A DNA stretch of 25,636 bases, taken from the IMG/VR virus record IMGVR_UViG_3300012347_000041, positions 1 through 25,636 of that record. One strand, given 5' to 3'. Every line of letters begins with the position of its first letter. Position 1 is the stretch's first letter. This DNA is from a virus (lineage: Duplodnaviria > Caudoviricetes). Below the pieces are notes generated by a model. It saw only the letters and a program-made list of their open reading frames with translations. It was not told where the DNA came from and made no database searches. The position numbers and the translations under genes are program-made. Below, one piece after another: positions 1-9,027 of the stretch.

Positions 1-590
1 ATATAGGTCTCTTTATTGACTCCGAGCTGCTGGGCTAGGGTGTAAGTAAGCTGCTCACCATTCTCTTTTTTGAACGCTTTGAGAGCGTCAGCCAGCTTGT
101 AAATGTCTACAGTACCCTTATTCAGATCAACTGAACTGAGGGCTCCTAAACGAGCCAGTGGAGTAAGAATTGCAGCATCCCCAAGCTTGATCCCTGCAAT
201 GCCTTGTTGCATTGCCTGAACCGAGGATTGGAAAGCTTCAGCGTCACCGCCTACTGTCTTGAGAACTCCACCCCAAGCGTCAAGCTCACGAGCAGACATT
301 TGGAATAGCTGAGCATTTCTACCGAGAGCAGCATTGGTGCTCGTCATTTCCTTGGAGAACTGCGTAAAACCCTTCAAACCGACAAAAGCGACCCCGAGTG
401 AGACTAGGGCATTACGAGCTTTTTCAAAGCCGTCTCCAACGTTTTTGGAGCCTTGCTGAGTGTTTTTAGCTGTCTTTTGGGCTTGCTCGTCAAACTTGCG
501 AAGTTCCTCTACGGACTTCTTTTGCGATGCGTCAAACTTGGATGTATCTAATCCAAGCTCAATCAATAAACTGTCTATGACGGTTGCCAT
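1..590 (-). CDS. Tail tape measure protein, N-terminal part (runs off the left edge)
   Basis: Not in the ORF track; read manually. ATG at 590 overlaps the TAA of the upstream frame (TAATG). Translation MATVIDSLLIELGLDTSKFDASQKKSVEELRK...MSARELDAWGGVLKTVGGDAEAF is a typical tape-measure N-terminus. It lies directly downstream of the tail chaperone pair. Confidence 0.85.
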   Translation of the reverse strand, partial: MATVIDSLLIELGLDTSKFDASQKKSVEELRKFDEQAQKTAKNTQQGSKNVGDGFEKARNALVSLGVAFVGLKGFTQFSKEMTSTNAALGRNAQLFQMSARELDAWGGVLKTVGGDAEAFQSSVQAMQQGIAGIKLGDAAILTPLARLGALSSVDLNKGTVDIYKLADALKAFKKENGEQLTYTLAQQLGVNKETY

Positions 591-817
591 TACTTTTGAC
601 TCACAATATAAGCGTTGTGCCGATCAACGGCATGAACCTCAAGGAGTATCCACAAATCCTCAACACCATAGACAGTATCAAGTTCATGGAGGGTAGCCAG
701 TCTTGACGAGACTACTGTTGCTATCGTTTGCGCTGTGGCTTGATACTCAACGAGGCGGGTGCTGCTTGTGCCTGAGCTTCTGACTCCGAAGTCGACTTGT
801 CTGCGTCTAAAAAAAAA
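590..817 (-). CDS. Tail assembly chaperone, -1 frameshift extension (T part of a G/G-T pair)
   Basis: ORF 590..835 is in the -1 frame relative to 721..1185 and has no convincing start of its own. It is entered at a 9-T run (809-817). Its C-terminus ATVVSSRLATLHELDTVYGVEDLWILLEV resembles chaperone extensions, and its stop abuts the tape-measure start. Confidence 0.75.
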   Translation of the reverse strand, partial: FFFRRRQVDFGVRSSGTSSTRLVEYQATAQTIATVVSSRLATLHELDTVYGVEDLWILLEVHAVDRHNAYIVSQK

Positions 818-1185
818 TCCATGTGCAGGTCCCAAATCGCTTTACGCAACATGAGTCGAGTCTTTACTTCTTCGATGTCATCTTCAATCAGAGGACGTTT
901 AACATTGGGGGATGGGACTATCTGAACGCACCCCATCATTTCATCCAAAAGAGGCTTTGCAGACTCGAATGGAATCTTGAGGAGGTTCATATAGCCCACC
1001 GCCATTAGACCCGCCATTCCTTGAGCAGCCAAGTTATCAGGGATCTCGATACCAGCATTGCCGATAGCGAGAATTACCCTGAAAGCCCAGCTCTCAGCTT
1101 GTGAAGCAGACATTTCAGTGATATGGAATTGCTTGCCCTTATCACGTCCAGCGTCTGCTACGAATGTCGACTCTTTTCTTGCCAT
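721..1185 (-). CDS. Tail assembly chaperone (G part)
   Basis: 154 aa, between the tube and tape measure genes. Contains the slippery site ATG GAT TTT TTT TTA. Confidence 0.8.
   Translation of the reverse strand: MARKESTFVADAGRDKGKQFHITEMSASQAESWAFRVILAIGNAGIEIPDNLAAQGMAGLMAVGYMNLLKIPFESAKPLLDEMMGCVQIVPSPNVKRPLIEDDIEEVKTRLMLRKAIWDLHMDFFLDADKSTSESEAQAQAAPASLSIKPQRKR
809..817 (-). promoter_or_regulatory. Programmed -1 ribosomal frameshift slippery site (T TTT TTT / T TTT TTA)
   Basis: Nine consecutive T on the coding strand, in the overlap of the 0 and -1 frames, at the canonical position upstream of the tape measure. Confidence 0.75.
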
Positions 1186-1188
1186 ATA

Positions 1189-1620
1189 TTAAATTTGACC
1201 GCCAATGATTCGTTGCCAAGTAATTTCGTAAACGAGTGGTTGCAAAGTCTTTTTAACTGCAGGGAACGGTGTCGCCTGAGTCAAATAGCCGTTTTGCAAA
1301 GTATATACCATACTGGTTGAAGGTAGGGTAATAGATCCACTTGCAGAAAATACATCGACAGCAGCATCTTGTGCGTTGCGCCATGCGTCAAATAAGAAAA
1401 CGCTTGGGCTGTCTGCTTGGAGGTGAATGGTCATCTTGTACGGTACGAAAACTTTACCAGCACTCAAAATACCATCTACACCCATCAAGATTTCTGCTTG
1501 TTGAACTGCTTCGCCTTCAAAAGCATCATCTACCGCATAGCCCTGAATTACTTGTGGGACTGGGAAGTAGTTGTTGATCGCAAGCGATAAAACCGAATTA
1601 GCTGAGGTTATTGTTGACAT
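1189..1620 (-). CDS. Tail tube protein (DUF3277-like)
   Basis: 143 aa, immediately after the sheath. Motifs TITSANS, MGVDG.LSAG and LQADSPS are typical of tubes paired with DUF3383 sheaths. Confidence 0.8.
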   Translation of the reverse strand: MSTITSANSVLSLAINNYFPVPQVIQGYAVDDAFEGEAVQQAEILMGVDGILSAGKVFVPYKMTIHLQADSPSVFLFDAWRNAQDAAVDVFSASGSITLPSTSMVYTLQNGYLTQATPFPAVKKTLQPLVYEITWQRIIGGQI

Positions 1621-1629
1621 AATTTATCC

Positions 1630-3120
1630 TTATTGAATAGCGATTGAAGCCATAGTAATCTGTTGAACTGCCTCACCATCCTGATAATACAGGGTGATAG
1701 GAGGGGACAAACGAGCAGCACGAGTCTGAGCAGTTGCCTCAGAGATTTGCAAGTAGAATCCTTGGGAAGCAATCGTAGGGGCAGCGTTAAAGCCAAGAGC
1801 GTACTGAATTTCAGCAGCTTGGGAAGCAGAAACATTGATACCAGCACGAATTGCGCCAAAGTTAACAGCAGCATTGATCGGGTCAAGAGCAGCAGAGTAG
1901 ATCAAGCCATTACCTTGAGTGTTGTAAGGAATTGCGCCAACTGAAGTAAGCAAGTTAACCATAGCCAACTGAAGGTTAGCATTAAGCCAAATTTGATTCA
2001 AGTAGGTGTCAGCCCATAACCATTCGCCTGAAACAGATCCCGGTGTAAACCAGTTTGCGTTGTTAGCTGGGTTGTTAGAGCCAAAAGCACCGTAGCAGTT
2101 GTAACCATTGCTTAGGATCGCAGCGTAATCAGTAGCGTTGCTTACAGAAGCTACGAGACCTGACTGAGACTTAAAGCAAAGAGTTGCACGTCCATTCAAA
2201 CGGCTAAAGTTCAAAGACGCAGCAAATCCGCAAGCGAATGCAGCATGAGTCTCGTCACCAAAAATAGGCAAAGTGCCTACTAGATCGTTGGTTTGTAAGT
2301 AATGACCAAAGTTTGAAGTGTTATTGGCAATAAGCGCATTAACGTCAGAATCTTGGCATACATATAGCCAACGTGGGGCAGCAGAATTACTCCATTGAGC
2401 AAACGCTTCTTTTTCGCTCAAACTAGCTTCCCAAACAGTCATGAAGGTTGCCCAGTTTTGAGTCTGAGACAAAATACCAGCCATGAATGAGGCAGGAACA
2501 CCAGCGTCAGCACCTTGCGAAAGAATGGCTGAAGTTGCAGCAGTCAAACGCAGATTTGCAGCCAAAGTACCGTCAGCAGCGTAGCTCATTGTTTGAGTTG
2601 CGCCAGTGCTGGTAGTGGTGAAAATGAATGCTGCTTGAGTTGAATCGTAAGTTACGAGGAAGCCGGGGCTTGTGAAAGCAGCCTGAATAATGGTCGCTGC
2701 ATTGCTAAAGCTTGTTGCACCTGTCAAATTGATAGTGCCTGAAGTCTTAACTACACCAGCAACAGTGATAGCCAAAGTGCCTGTAAAGGCTTGTAATTGA
2801 CCTAAAGTCACACCAGCCATAGAGCCACTGCGTAACCAGCCAGCAATAGCTGCTTCAGGGTAACGAGTCATCAATAGATCGCCCGGGAGCTGAGTGCCAC
2901 CGCTATAGCCGTTGAAATAAACGTTTGCAACTGTTGCTTCGTCTGAACTAGCACCGAAATAGTCTTGGACATCGGTAGCACTTGCAAACTGCAAAACTGT
3001 ACCGTATGGAGCTAGGGCATTTTGAGTAAGCACCAAACCATTAAGGTCAACTGCTATGCCATTAGCCGACAGGACTGAGGGTACTACTTGGACTACTTCT
3101 GAAAAAGGAATGGTACTCAT
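1630..3120 (-). CDS. Contractile tail sheath protein (DUF3383-like)
   Basis: 496 aa. Motifs IP.S.VV.V.P.V, V.DYFG.SS.E, QNWATF, W.D.Y.NQIWL, IPYN..G and R.AR.SPP..LYY.DG. Position is between the tail terminator and the tube. Confidence 0.88.
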   Translation of the reverse strand: MSTIPFSEVVQVVPSVLSANGIAVDLNGLVLTQNALAPYGTVLQFASATDVQDYFGASSDEATVANVYFNGYSGGTQLPGDLLMTRYPEAAIAGWLRSGSMAGVTLGQLQAFTGTLAITVAGVVKTSGTINLTGATSFSNAATIIQAAFTSPGFLVTYDSTQAAFIFTTTSTGATQTMSYAADGTLAANLRLTAATSAILSQGADAGVPASFMAGILSQTQNWATFMTVWEASLSEKEAFAQWSNSAAPRWLYVCQDSDVNALIANNTSNFGHYLQTNDLVGTLPIFGDETHAAFACGFAASLNFSRLNGRATLCFKSQSGLVASVSNATDYAAILSNGYNCYGAFGSNNPANNANWFTPGSVSGEWLWADTYLNQIWLNANLQLAMVNLLTSVGAIPYNTQGNGLIYSAALDPINAAVNFGAIRAGINVSASQAAEIQYALGFNAAPTIASQGFYLQISEATAQTRAARLSPPITLYYQDGEAVQQITMASIAIQ

Positions 3121-3128
3121 AAATTCTC

Positions 3129-3647
3129 CTAGGGGTTAAATGTCTGATCGATTGGAGCAAGTCCGATGTCAACACCAAGCATAGACTGCTGAGTAGTCGA
3201 TAGGATTGGGTTGTATTGTAAACTCGCCACCAATTTCCAGCGTTGCTCATATTGGGCTTCCCCATCAATAAGCGGAATTTGGACTGGATCGTCTGCATAC
3301 AGAGGCTGAATATTTGACGGAAAAATCTCAGTCGCATACTCGTCCCTAAACAATGCAACAGTTTGCATAGCCCATTGTTGTGAAATTGGACCATAAAAAT
3401 CTAGCTGCATTGAATATCTTGTCGGGGTAAGAATTGTCTTACCCTGTGGGATTGGCTGGTACTGGTCAATGTTAAATGACAGCCTGTCCATTCCCGTATT
3501 GTTCATGGAAATAAATCCACCTTTGGGCATTGATACCCGATTATCTTGAGCTTGAATTACTTCTACCGTACTTGGTACGAAGGATTTCAAAAAAGTGACC
3601 ATAGCTCGGAATACGTCTTGGTCAATGATGTCGATTGTCGCTGCCAT
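3129..3647 (-). CDS. Tail terminator / neck protein
   Basis: Start moved to ATG 3647 (MAATIDIID..., preceded by GAGGA). Motifs QLDFYGP, PLYADDP.Q and EQRW...LQYNP. Lies just upstream of the sheath. Confidence 0.7.
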   Translation of the reverse strand: MAATIDIIDQDVFRAMVTFLKSFVPSTVEVIQAQDNRVSMPKGGFISMNNTGMDRLSFNIDQYQPIPQGKTILTPTRYSMQLDFYGPISQQWAMQTVALFRDEYATEIFPSNIQPLYADDPVQIPLIDGEAQYEQRWKLVASLQYNPILSTTQQSMLGVDIGLAPIDQTFNP

Positions 3648-3649
3648 AA

Positions 3650-4036
3650 TTAATCCTCTTGTAGCGTAACGATTACATGACACCAATCAGACCATGTTTC
3701 CATGACCTGAGTAATAAGCCAGTTTTTATTGCAGCAGTTCGGGGCTTCAGGAAATACCAAAATGTCACCGCCAATCTGATCGGCTCGGACTACACCAGCA
3801 GCATTTCCGTACATATAAACAGACCGCATAACACCAGTGATATTAAGACCATCAACGTGCTTTAAATCGGTTGCGCTTAAAGCCTGTACCTGAGCCTCAA
3901 CTGTCAAAGTTATGGTCTTGGGAGTGCGTTTACCAGCGTCATCGGTGACATATCCATTGGATTGTATCCAGTTGATCTGCTGGTTTTTATTTGTGACCTG
4001 AATATATTTGTTAGCAAGTGCTCTTACGTTAAACAT
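3650..4036 (-). CDS. Head-closure / collar protein
   Basis: 128 aa, beta-rich, with AQVQAL, R..GGD.L and W.V..V.E.W.DW motifs. Lies in the head-tail joining block with a TAATG overlap. Confidence 0.65.
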   Translation of the reverse strand: MFNVRALANKYIQVTNKNQQINWIQSNGYVTDDAGKRTPKTITLTVEAQVQALSATDLKHVDGLNITGVMRSVYMYGNAAGVVRADQIGGDILVFPEAPNCCNKNWLITQVMETWSDWCHVIVTLQED

Positions 4037-4515
4037 TATGAGCCTTTACTTGTGAATTCTGCGCCTGTCTTATTGACGGCATTTTGAACGCTTGCCAGCA
4101 TCAATCCTGTATCGATCAATGGCTTGGCAGATCCTTTTGCTCTGATCGTAGCTGGAGCGTTTGGAGGGGTATAAATGCTAGAGATCTTTGTTTGAATATC
4201 CGCAGCAGCAGAAATTCCTACCAAATCCAGCACGTCAAAAGCCGACATTTTGCCCAAAGCCACTTTTGGCAATGATTTCTCAATGATTGTGACCCAAGTG
4301 TCTTTTTTCTCTTGTACGGTTGGCTGCATAAAAGGACGTGCAGGTATCCCGACAGCAGGGGCTCCAAATTCTTGAATTGCAGCTACATAAGCCACTGAGG
4401 TTCCATCTTCGTAATTAATGCCCGATGGAAAGCCGATCTGAGCCACCATGCCCTCGAATTCTTCAGGCACACGCTCAAGCGTTGCCCTGATCTTGTCGAG
4501 GTTAAGCTGTTTCAT
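4036..4515 (-). CDS. Neck / tail completion protein (HK97 gp10-like)
   Basis: Motifs VA.VA.I.EFG, IPARPF and PPNAPATI.AKG..KPLIDTG.M..SV. Confidence 0.75.
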   Translation of the reverse strand: MKQLNLDKIRATLERVPEEFEGMVAQIGFPSGINYEDGTSVAYVAAIQEFGAPAVGIPARPFMQPTVQEKKDTWVTIIEKSLPKVALGKMSAFDVLDLVGISAAADIQTKISSIYTPPNAPATIRAKGSAKPLIDTGLMLASVQNAVNKTGAEFTSKGS

Positions 4516-4961
4516 CCAAAGTACCCGCCAGCTCTGCGGAAGCCTTGATTCTCATAACTGCCACCAACATAGAGACCTACGTTAGCGACTGCTTTCAATA
4601 GAGCCCTTAATTGAGCACCGTATGGAGTTGTAGCAAGCCACCATCCATAAGAGGATTTAATGGCTGGGGGAACTAGGGATACGCTCACCGTACCTTCGGA
4701 CGATCCCTGAACTATCACGCTGGGAGTTCCTGAGTTGATGAGCGTATATGAGGCTGCAAGATGGGCAGCCATCAAATCGATTGCTAACTGTAGCTGCTTG
4801 GTTTTGAAATTCCAAGGGTAGTTATTGTCGATGTTGATATAAGCTGTACCCATAGTCCACCAGCTTTCCAACTGAGCAGGTGGAAACAGGGTCGTATTCT
4901 CAAATTGAGGAAACTGGTTCCGAAATGCTTCATCGTTGTAGACTGGTGTTAGGGATGTCAT
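4512..4961 (-). CDS. Head-tail adaptor (DUF4054-like)
   Basis: Motifs FR.QFPQF, L.AAHL, SEG.VSVS and W..T.YG.Q. Second gene after the capsid. Confidence 0.75.
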   Translation of the reverse strand: MTSLTPVYNDEAFRNQFPQFENTTLFPPAQLESWWTMGTAYINIDNNYPWNFKTKQLQLAIDLMAAHLAASYTLINSGTPSVIVQGSSEGTVSVSLVPPAIKSSYGWWLATTPYGAQLRALLKAVANVGLYVGGSYENQGFRRAGGYFG

Positions 4962-4962
4962 T

Positions 4963-5322
4963 TTATTTGCCTACTTTTGGACCATCTTCGTTTGCATAAT
5001 CCGAGTCGGTCAATGGAGCAGACTCATCTTTTAGGTTCATATCGGCAGCCACTTTTTCAGCTTCCGCTTTTTTGGCTTTAACCACTACAAACCCGTTTTT
5101 TTCATGATCTTTGAAAGAAGGATTCTTTTGAAGCTCCTCAAGATCATAGTCAGTAATTTCTGTTGAAACACCCAATGGTGTAATCAATCTATCGTTTGCT
5201 ACCCCTGTCCCGCCTTTAATCAGAACAGAATGCCCCTTAATAGGCATATCGCCACCGCCTTGCATCCAATTCGTATAGAGTTGGTCGTTTGCTAGTGTCG
5301 AGAATACATAATTTTTAGCCAT
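4963..5322 (-). CDS. Hypothetical virion-associated protein downstream of the capsid
   Basis: 119-aa ORF with an AAGGA RBS, between the capsid and adaptor genes. Confidence 0.6.
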   Translation of the reverse strand: MAKNYVFSTLANDQLYTNWMQGGGDMPIKGHSVLIKGGTGVANDRLITPLGVSTEITDYDLEELQKNPSFKDHEKNGFVVVKAKKAEAEKVAADMNLKDESAPLTDSDYANEDGPKVGK

Positions 5323-5345
5323 TTTCGTTATCCTTTTTGATGTTT

Positions 5346-5368
5346 AGAAAGACGGGATTTCTCCCGCC
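5346..5368 (-). terminator. Probable intrinsic terminator after the major capsid gene
   Basis: Minus strand GGCGGGA-GAAA-TCCCGTC-TTTCT: a 7-bp stem with one G.U pair, a GNRA loop and a short U tract. Confidence 0.6.
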
Positions 5369-5419
5369 TATCCTATCTTACATCAGCTAGATTGGGCAGT
5401 CCATAGACCGCCCTATCCA

Positions 5420-6526
5420 TTAAATGCCTGAGTAACGAACAACAGCGTAAGGACGCTTCAACAAGCAGCCAGCAGTCGCATTCGCATAGTCTTCTTCGTA
5501 TGCCTTAGCCATTTTTTCCACACCTAGGGCTTGGAATTTAGCTGGGACAACTTGAACCCATGTACGGCTGTCATCGCTTGCGCCATCTTCTACAGACTCT
5601 GCATAGAGGTAGAACACGTTTGCGCCACCGTTTGCTGCGTTCAACTGTGGAGCCGAAACAACACGCAACTTAGGATATGTCTTGCTGAGCCAATCACGAA
5701 CTGAAATACCGAAGTCAGAAGTTACTGACAGGTATTGGTAAGAGATTGTTGGCAATGCCAAAGTCAATTCCATATCTTCAGGGTTAATAGTGTCCTGAGA
5801 TTGGTTTTGCAACTGAGCAGCAGCGACACGAATGTCAGCAACGATTTGCAAGAAAGTCTTGCTTGACCACAATGTAGAGCTACCAGTGCCTGAAGCAGCA
5901 ACAGTAACGTATGCTGGCAAGCCCGGATCATTCAAGAAACCGTAAGTCAAGTTTGCGCCATTGTTGAAACCGTAGAAACCAACTAAGTTACGTTGAATTT
6001 CCAAAGACAAGGCTGCAGACGCACGTTTCTCAGCAGAAGTGCTGATACGGATACGAGCTGCACGAGCTTCTTCCAACATACCTACTTTGATGCCCTTTTC
6101 AAAACGGACAACAGTTCTACGAACGAAGTTGGTATTCCATGAAGCCAAAGGAACGTTGGTGTAATCACCGTAAGGAACGGCATTACCGATAGGCTCTAAC
6201 AGACCTTGAACGATCTCTTGATCTTCCCATGAGCCAGTTGTAGAAATACCTACGAGCTCATCAATCTTACGAGCTGCAGTGATTACTTTAACGAAGCCGG
6301 GGAGCCAGTTTTGGAGGAATTGCACTGGAGTAGTAATCGAAGGAGCTGATACGTCAGCTTGATTCGTTGCGTCCATTGCATAGTTTGTCATAGCCTTGAT
6401 GTTTTGAGCACCAAAGTTAATGCCGAGATCTCCGAGAGCAGCGTAATCGGAAACGTCATCGGCAGACATTGTCACCGCACCAACTTGGCGAGGTGAGAGT
6501 GAGCTGCGTTCAATAGATTTGTTCAT
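5420..6526 (-). CDS. Major capsid protein (DUF2184-like, HK97 fold)
   Basis: 368 aa. Motifs G.A.PYGD...P, N..GFYG, YG.LNDP.L and T.G..LKRP.A..R.SGI. Follows the protease and decoration genes. Confidence 0.88.
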   Translation of the reverse strand: MNKSIERSSLSPRQVGAVTMSADDVSDYAALGDLGINFGAQNIKAMTNYAMDATNQADVSAPSITTPVQFLQNWLPGFVKVITAARKIDELVGISTTGSWEDQEIVQGLLEPIGNAVPYGDYTNVPLASWNTNFVRRTVVRFEKGIKVGMLEEARAARIRISTSAEKRASAALSLEIQRNLVGFYGFNNGANLTYGFLNDPGLPAYVTVAASGTGSSTLWSSKTFLQIVADIRVAAAQLQNQSQDTINPEDMELTLALPTISYQYLSVTSDFGISVRDWLSKTYPKLRVVSAPQLNAANGGANVFYLYAESVEDGASDDSRTWVQVVPAKFQALGVEKMAKAYEEDYANATAGCLLKRPYAVVRYSGI

Positions 6527-6539
6527 AATTGATCCTTAA

Positions 6540-7052
6540 TTAGTTGGTAAGACGGATTGCAGCCAAACCAGTAGCAGTTTGAGCATAGTTCCAAACAACT
6601 GCATTAGGAACTAGAGCATAGCCAGTGGCAGGTGAAGTACCGGGAGTGATTGCAGATAGGATACCAGTTGATTCTTGGTATTGAACCAAATCACCAATTT
6701 CAGCAGCACCAACTAAAGTCACTACGATAGTACCCATAGTCAAGAACTCGCCTTGAGTATTTGGACCCAAGAACAATGTTGGATCTAATGGAGCACCACC
6801 AACAGCACCGTAAGAAGCGTAGGCTTTTGGGTTAACCAAAATACCAGCAAACAAATTAGTACCAGCAACAATAGCACCGCCTTGGGTAGCCACGTTAGTT
6901 GTTGAGCTCTTTGTAAATGCCAAACCGATAGTGCCACCAGTGGTATCAAGGGTAAGTGAGTCTACACGTTGTGGTCCGTCAACAATCAATTCACCGGGAA
7001 TTCCAAAACCCAAATTGACGTTAACTGTGGATTGAAAAGTCGCAGCAGTCAT
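6540..7052 (-). CDS. Capsid decoration / cement protein
   Basis: 170 aa, FQ..VN...GFGIPGE and FAGILVNPK motifs, between the protease/scaffold and capsid genes. Confidence 0.7.
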   Translation of the reverse strand: MTAATFQSTVNVNLGFGIPGELIVDGPQRVDSLTLDTTGGTIGLAFTKSSTTNVATQGGAIVAGTNLFAGILVNPKAYASYGAVGGAPLDPTLFLGPNTQGEFLTMGTIVVTLVGAAEIGDLVQYQESTGILSAITPGTSPATGYALVPNAVVWNYAQTATGLAAIRLTN

Positions 7053-7054
7053 GA

Positions 7055-7621
7055 TTATTTACCTTCTAAAAAACGTTGAACGAAATTGCCCTTGCGTACA
7101 GAGGCAGCATCCATCGCTGCTTGTGCAGGAGCACCCTTGCCTTTTAGGAATGCTTCAATAGAGCTGATACGAGCCTCTTTCGGAGCTTCCAAGCCAAGTT
7201 TTTTGCAGCCATATTGAGCCATAGCGTCTAAATCCATTTCGGCATGATCGAACGCACCGATATGAGCAGACAGCTCGTTATATAGCTTAGCTTTTTTAGC
7301 CAAATTCTTTTCGACTTTACGCACGATTTCGGCAGTATCCATACCGTTAGCACGTTCGTCTTCTTTTGGCTCTTCTTTTTCGCCACCTTGAGGAATCGGA
7401 TCTTCTTCTTCGTCCTCAACCTCATTAGGGGCTACTTCATCACCGTCAGGCTTAGACATATCTTCGTCTGCAACTGCTTCCAAGCCAGCAGCACCGTAAG
7501 ATTTACCTGTCAATTCCTGAATTTTTGCCAATTTAGGCATAACTTCTTCGAGGAACTTATGAACTTCCTCTAAAGTCATGTCAAGCTTTTCAGCTCCGAC
7601 TTCTTTGTTTTCTTCAGCCAT
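7055..7621 (-). CDS. Putative in-frame nested scaffold protein (188 aa)
   Basis: Internal AAGGAG-N9-ATG (aaggag tttttaaac ATG GCT GAA) just after the end of the protease domain. Confidence 0.55.
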   Translation of the reverse strand: MAEENKEVGAEKLDMTLEEVHKFLEEVMPKLAKIQELTGKSYGAAGLEAVADEDMSKPDGDEVAPNEVEDEEEDPIPQGGEKEEPKEDERANGMDTAEIVRKVEKNLAKKAKLYNELSAHIGAFDHAEMDLDAMAQYGCKKLGLEAPKEARISSIEAFLKGKGAPAQAAMDAASVRKGNFVQRFLEGK

Positions 7622-8665
7622 GTTTAAAAACTCCTTGTTATCTACTGTAAAAGTGAAATGATCCAAAACTGCCACATCGGGACCCATACGTCCGTTTTCG
7701 ACTAGGGCTAGATGATTGCCTCGAATATCCCGTTGCACATAATCATAATCTATCCCGTTGTAACTACCGGGGGCATATTCATATCTGCATCGGTATCCGC
7801 AGGACAACTCCTTTTTTCCATTTGCAATGAGGTTAGCCATTGCTTCGGAGAATACCTTGATATTACCTTTTAAAACGTCACCGTCAAAATAAACGTCTTG
7901 ACCGATAACACCTTGCACACCTTTTTGCTCGGATGGAGTAAGACCCTCATCTTCGCTGCCCAACATGACATGATTATCGATCCAAGGAATCAACTTGAAT
8001 GAATCGATACAATCATTGGTTCCCAATTCCTCTGCAGGACGGTACACCATATAAACCCTGTCAGGATCTGCTGCTGGATCGATTGATCGACCCGAATAAG
8101 GGAATACCCCGACCATTGAAAGTGGATTGTCTTTTACCTCAAACCACCCATTAGTGTCGTACTCTCGCTTATCCATTCCTGAACTAGCCATTTCTTTAAT
8201 CTCCAATTCAGGGAAAATAGGGCTTGGGGCATCTTCTAATGAAGCCCAAACGAATGAGTCATGCTCATAATTAAGCTTAGGAATGAATTCTCCGTCAGCA
8301 CAAGTGTATATACAAAGATTAGGCTCCTCGTAAATTAACTGGAGCCCTGTTTTTGGCGCATGACCGATTTCTTCTCGGCATTCACGAATTGCGCCTTCAA
8401 TAGCTGCTTCTCCTACTTCTACATGACCACCGGGGAAACTCCACGATTTGTCATCGGATCTACGCATCCAAAGAATTTTATTGTCAGCAACAAAGATTAC
8501 AAAAGCCACCAAATCAGTATTGCCAGCCCCTAAATCTACTCCGCTATGCTTTCGAGCGTTGGTATAAGCAGCAGCCATAGCCTGTTTAGGGTCATGACCT
8601 GCCTTAATCATTTCAGCAATGTTTTCCTGAATTACCTCTTTTGAGGAACCTTCTTTGAGTGGCAT
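7055..8665 (-). CDS. Prohead protease/scaffold (DUF2213-like) with an N-terminal NUDIX hydrolase domain
   Basis: Start set at ATG 8665 (TAATG overlap). It has a complete Nudix box, [24 protein letters not shown] (GX5EX7REUXEEXG). DUF2213-type motifs are [26 protein letters not shown] and [18 protein letters not shown]. The C-terminus is acidic and scaffold-like. Confidence 0.85.
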   Translation of the reverse strand: MPLKEGSSKEVIQENIAEMIKAGHDPKQAMAAAYTNARKHSGVDLGAGNTDLVAFVIFVADNKILWMRRSDDKSWSFPGGHVEVGEAAIEGAIRECREEIGHAPKTGLQLIYEEPNLCIYTCADGEFIPKLNYEHDSFVWASLEDAPSPIFPELEIKEMASSGMDKREYDTNGWFEVKDNPLSMVGVFPYSGRSIDPAADPDRVYMVYRPAEELGTNDCIDSFKLIPWIDNHVMLGSEDEGLTPSEQKGVQGVIGQDVYFDGDVLKGNIKVFSEAMANLIANGKKELSCGYRCRYEYAPGSYNGIDYDYVQRDIRGNHLALVENGRMGPDVAVLDHFTFTVDNKEFLNMAEENKEVGAEKLDMTLEEVHKFLEEVMPKLAKIQELTGKSYGAAGLEAVADEDMSKPDGDEVAPNEVEDEEEDPIPQGGEKEEPKEDERANGMDTAEIVRKVEKNLAKKAKLYNELSAHIGAFDHAEMDLDAMAQYGCKKLGLEAPKEARISSIEAFLKGKGAPAQAAMDAASVRKGNFVQRFLEGK

Positions 8666-9027
8666 TAGCAAATCCTTCCAGTCTGAGTCGGGATATTGGT
8701 CACGTTCAATAAAACAGTGGCTTCCCTAGTGTTTCCAGCACTTGTTTCAAATAATGCTCTTATTGTATAGAGTTGATTGATTTGTGGCTCAGGAATTATT
8801 CCTTCGGAGATTTGAACCGAAATTACTTTGCCAGCAGCAGCTACTTGTTTGTCAGGGAAAGTGATTGGGGTTGGATTTATGGCTGGACCCAAAAGCACTA
8901 ATCCTAGTTGATCGGCAGTAACCGAAACAACGTCAGTAATGATTTCTAAAGTGTCGAGCAAATAGGTGCAGTCAATATCGTAATAAATTGACTCGGAGGT
9001 CCGTTTTTCTAAAATGTAACTATTCAT
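8665..9027 (-). CDS. Putative fibre adaptor / Ig-like anchor protein (120 aa)
   Basis: Start moved to ATG 9027 ([20 protein letters not shown]), overlapping the upstream stop. The K...E..YY.ID pattern and beta-rich sequence recall fibre-docking adaptors. It is the last gene of the fibre cassette. Confidence 0.5.
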   Translation of the reverse strand: MNSYILEKRTSESIYYDIDCTYLLDTLEIITDVVSVTADQLGLVLLGPAINPTPITFPDKQVAAAGKVISVQISEGIIPEPQINQLYTIRALFETSAGNTREATVLLNVTNIPTQTGRIC

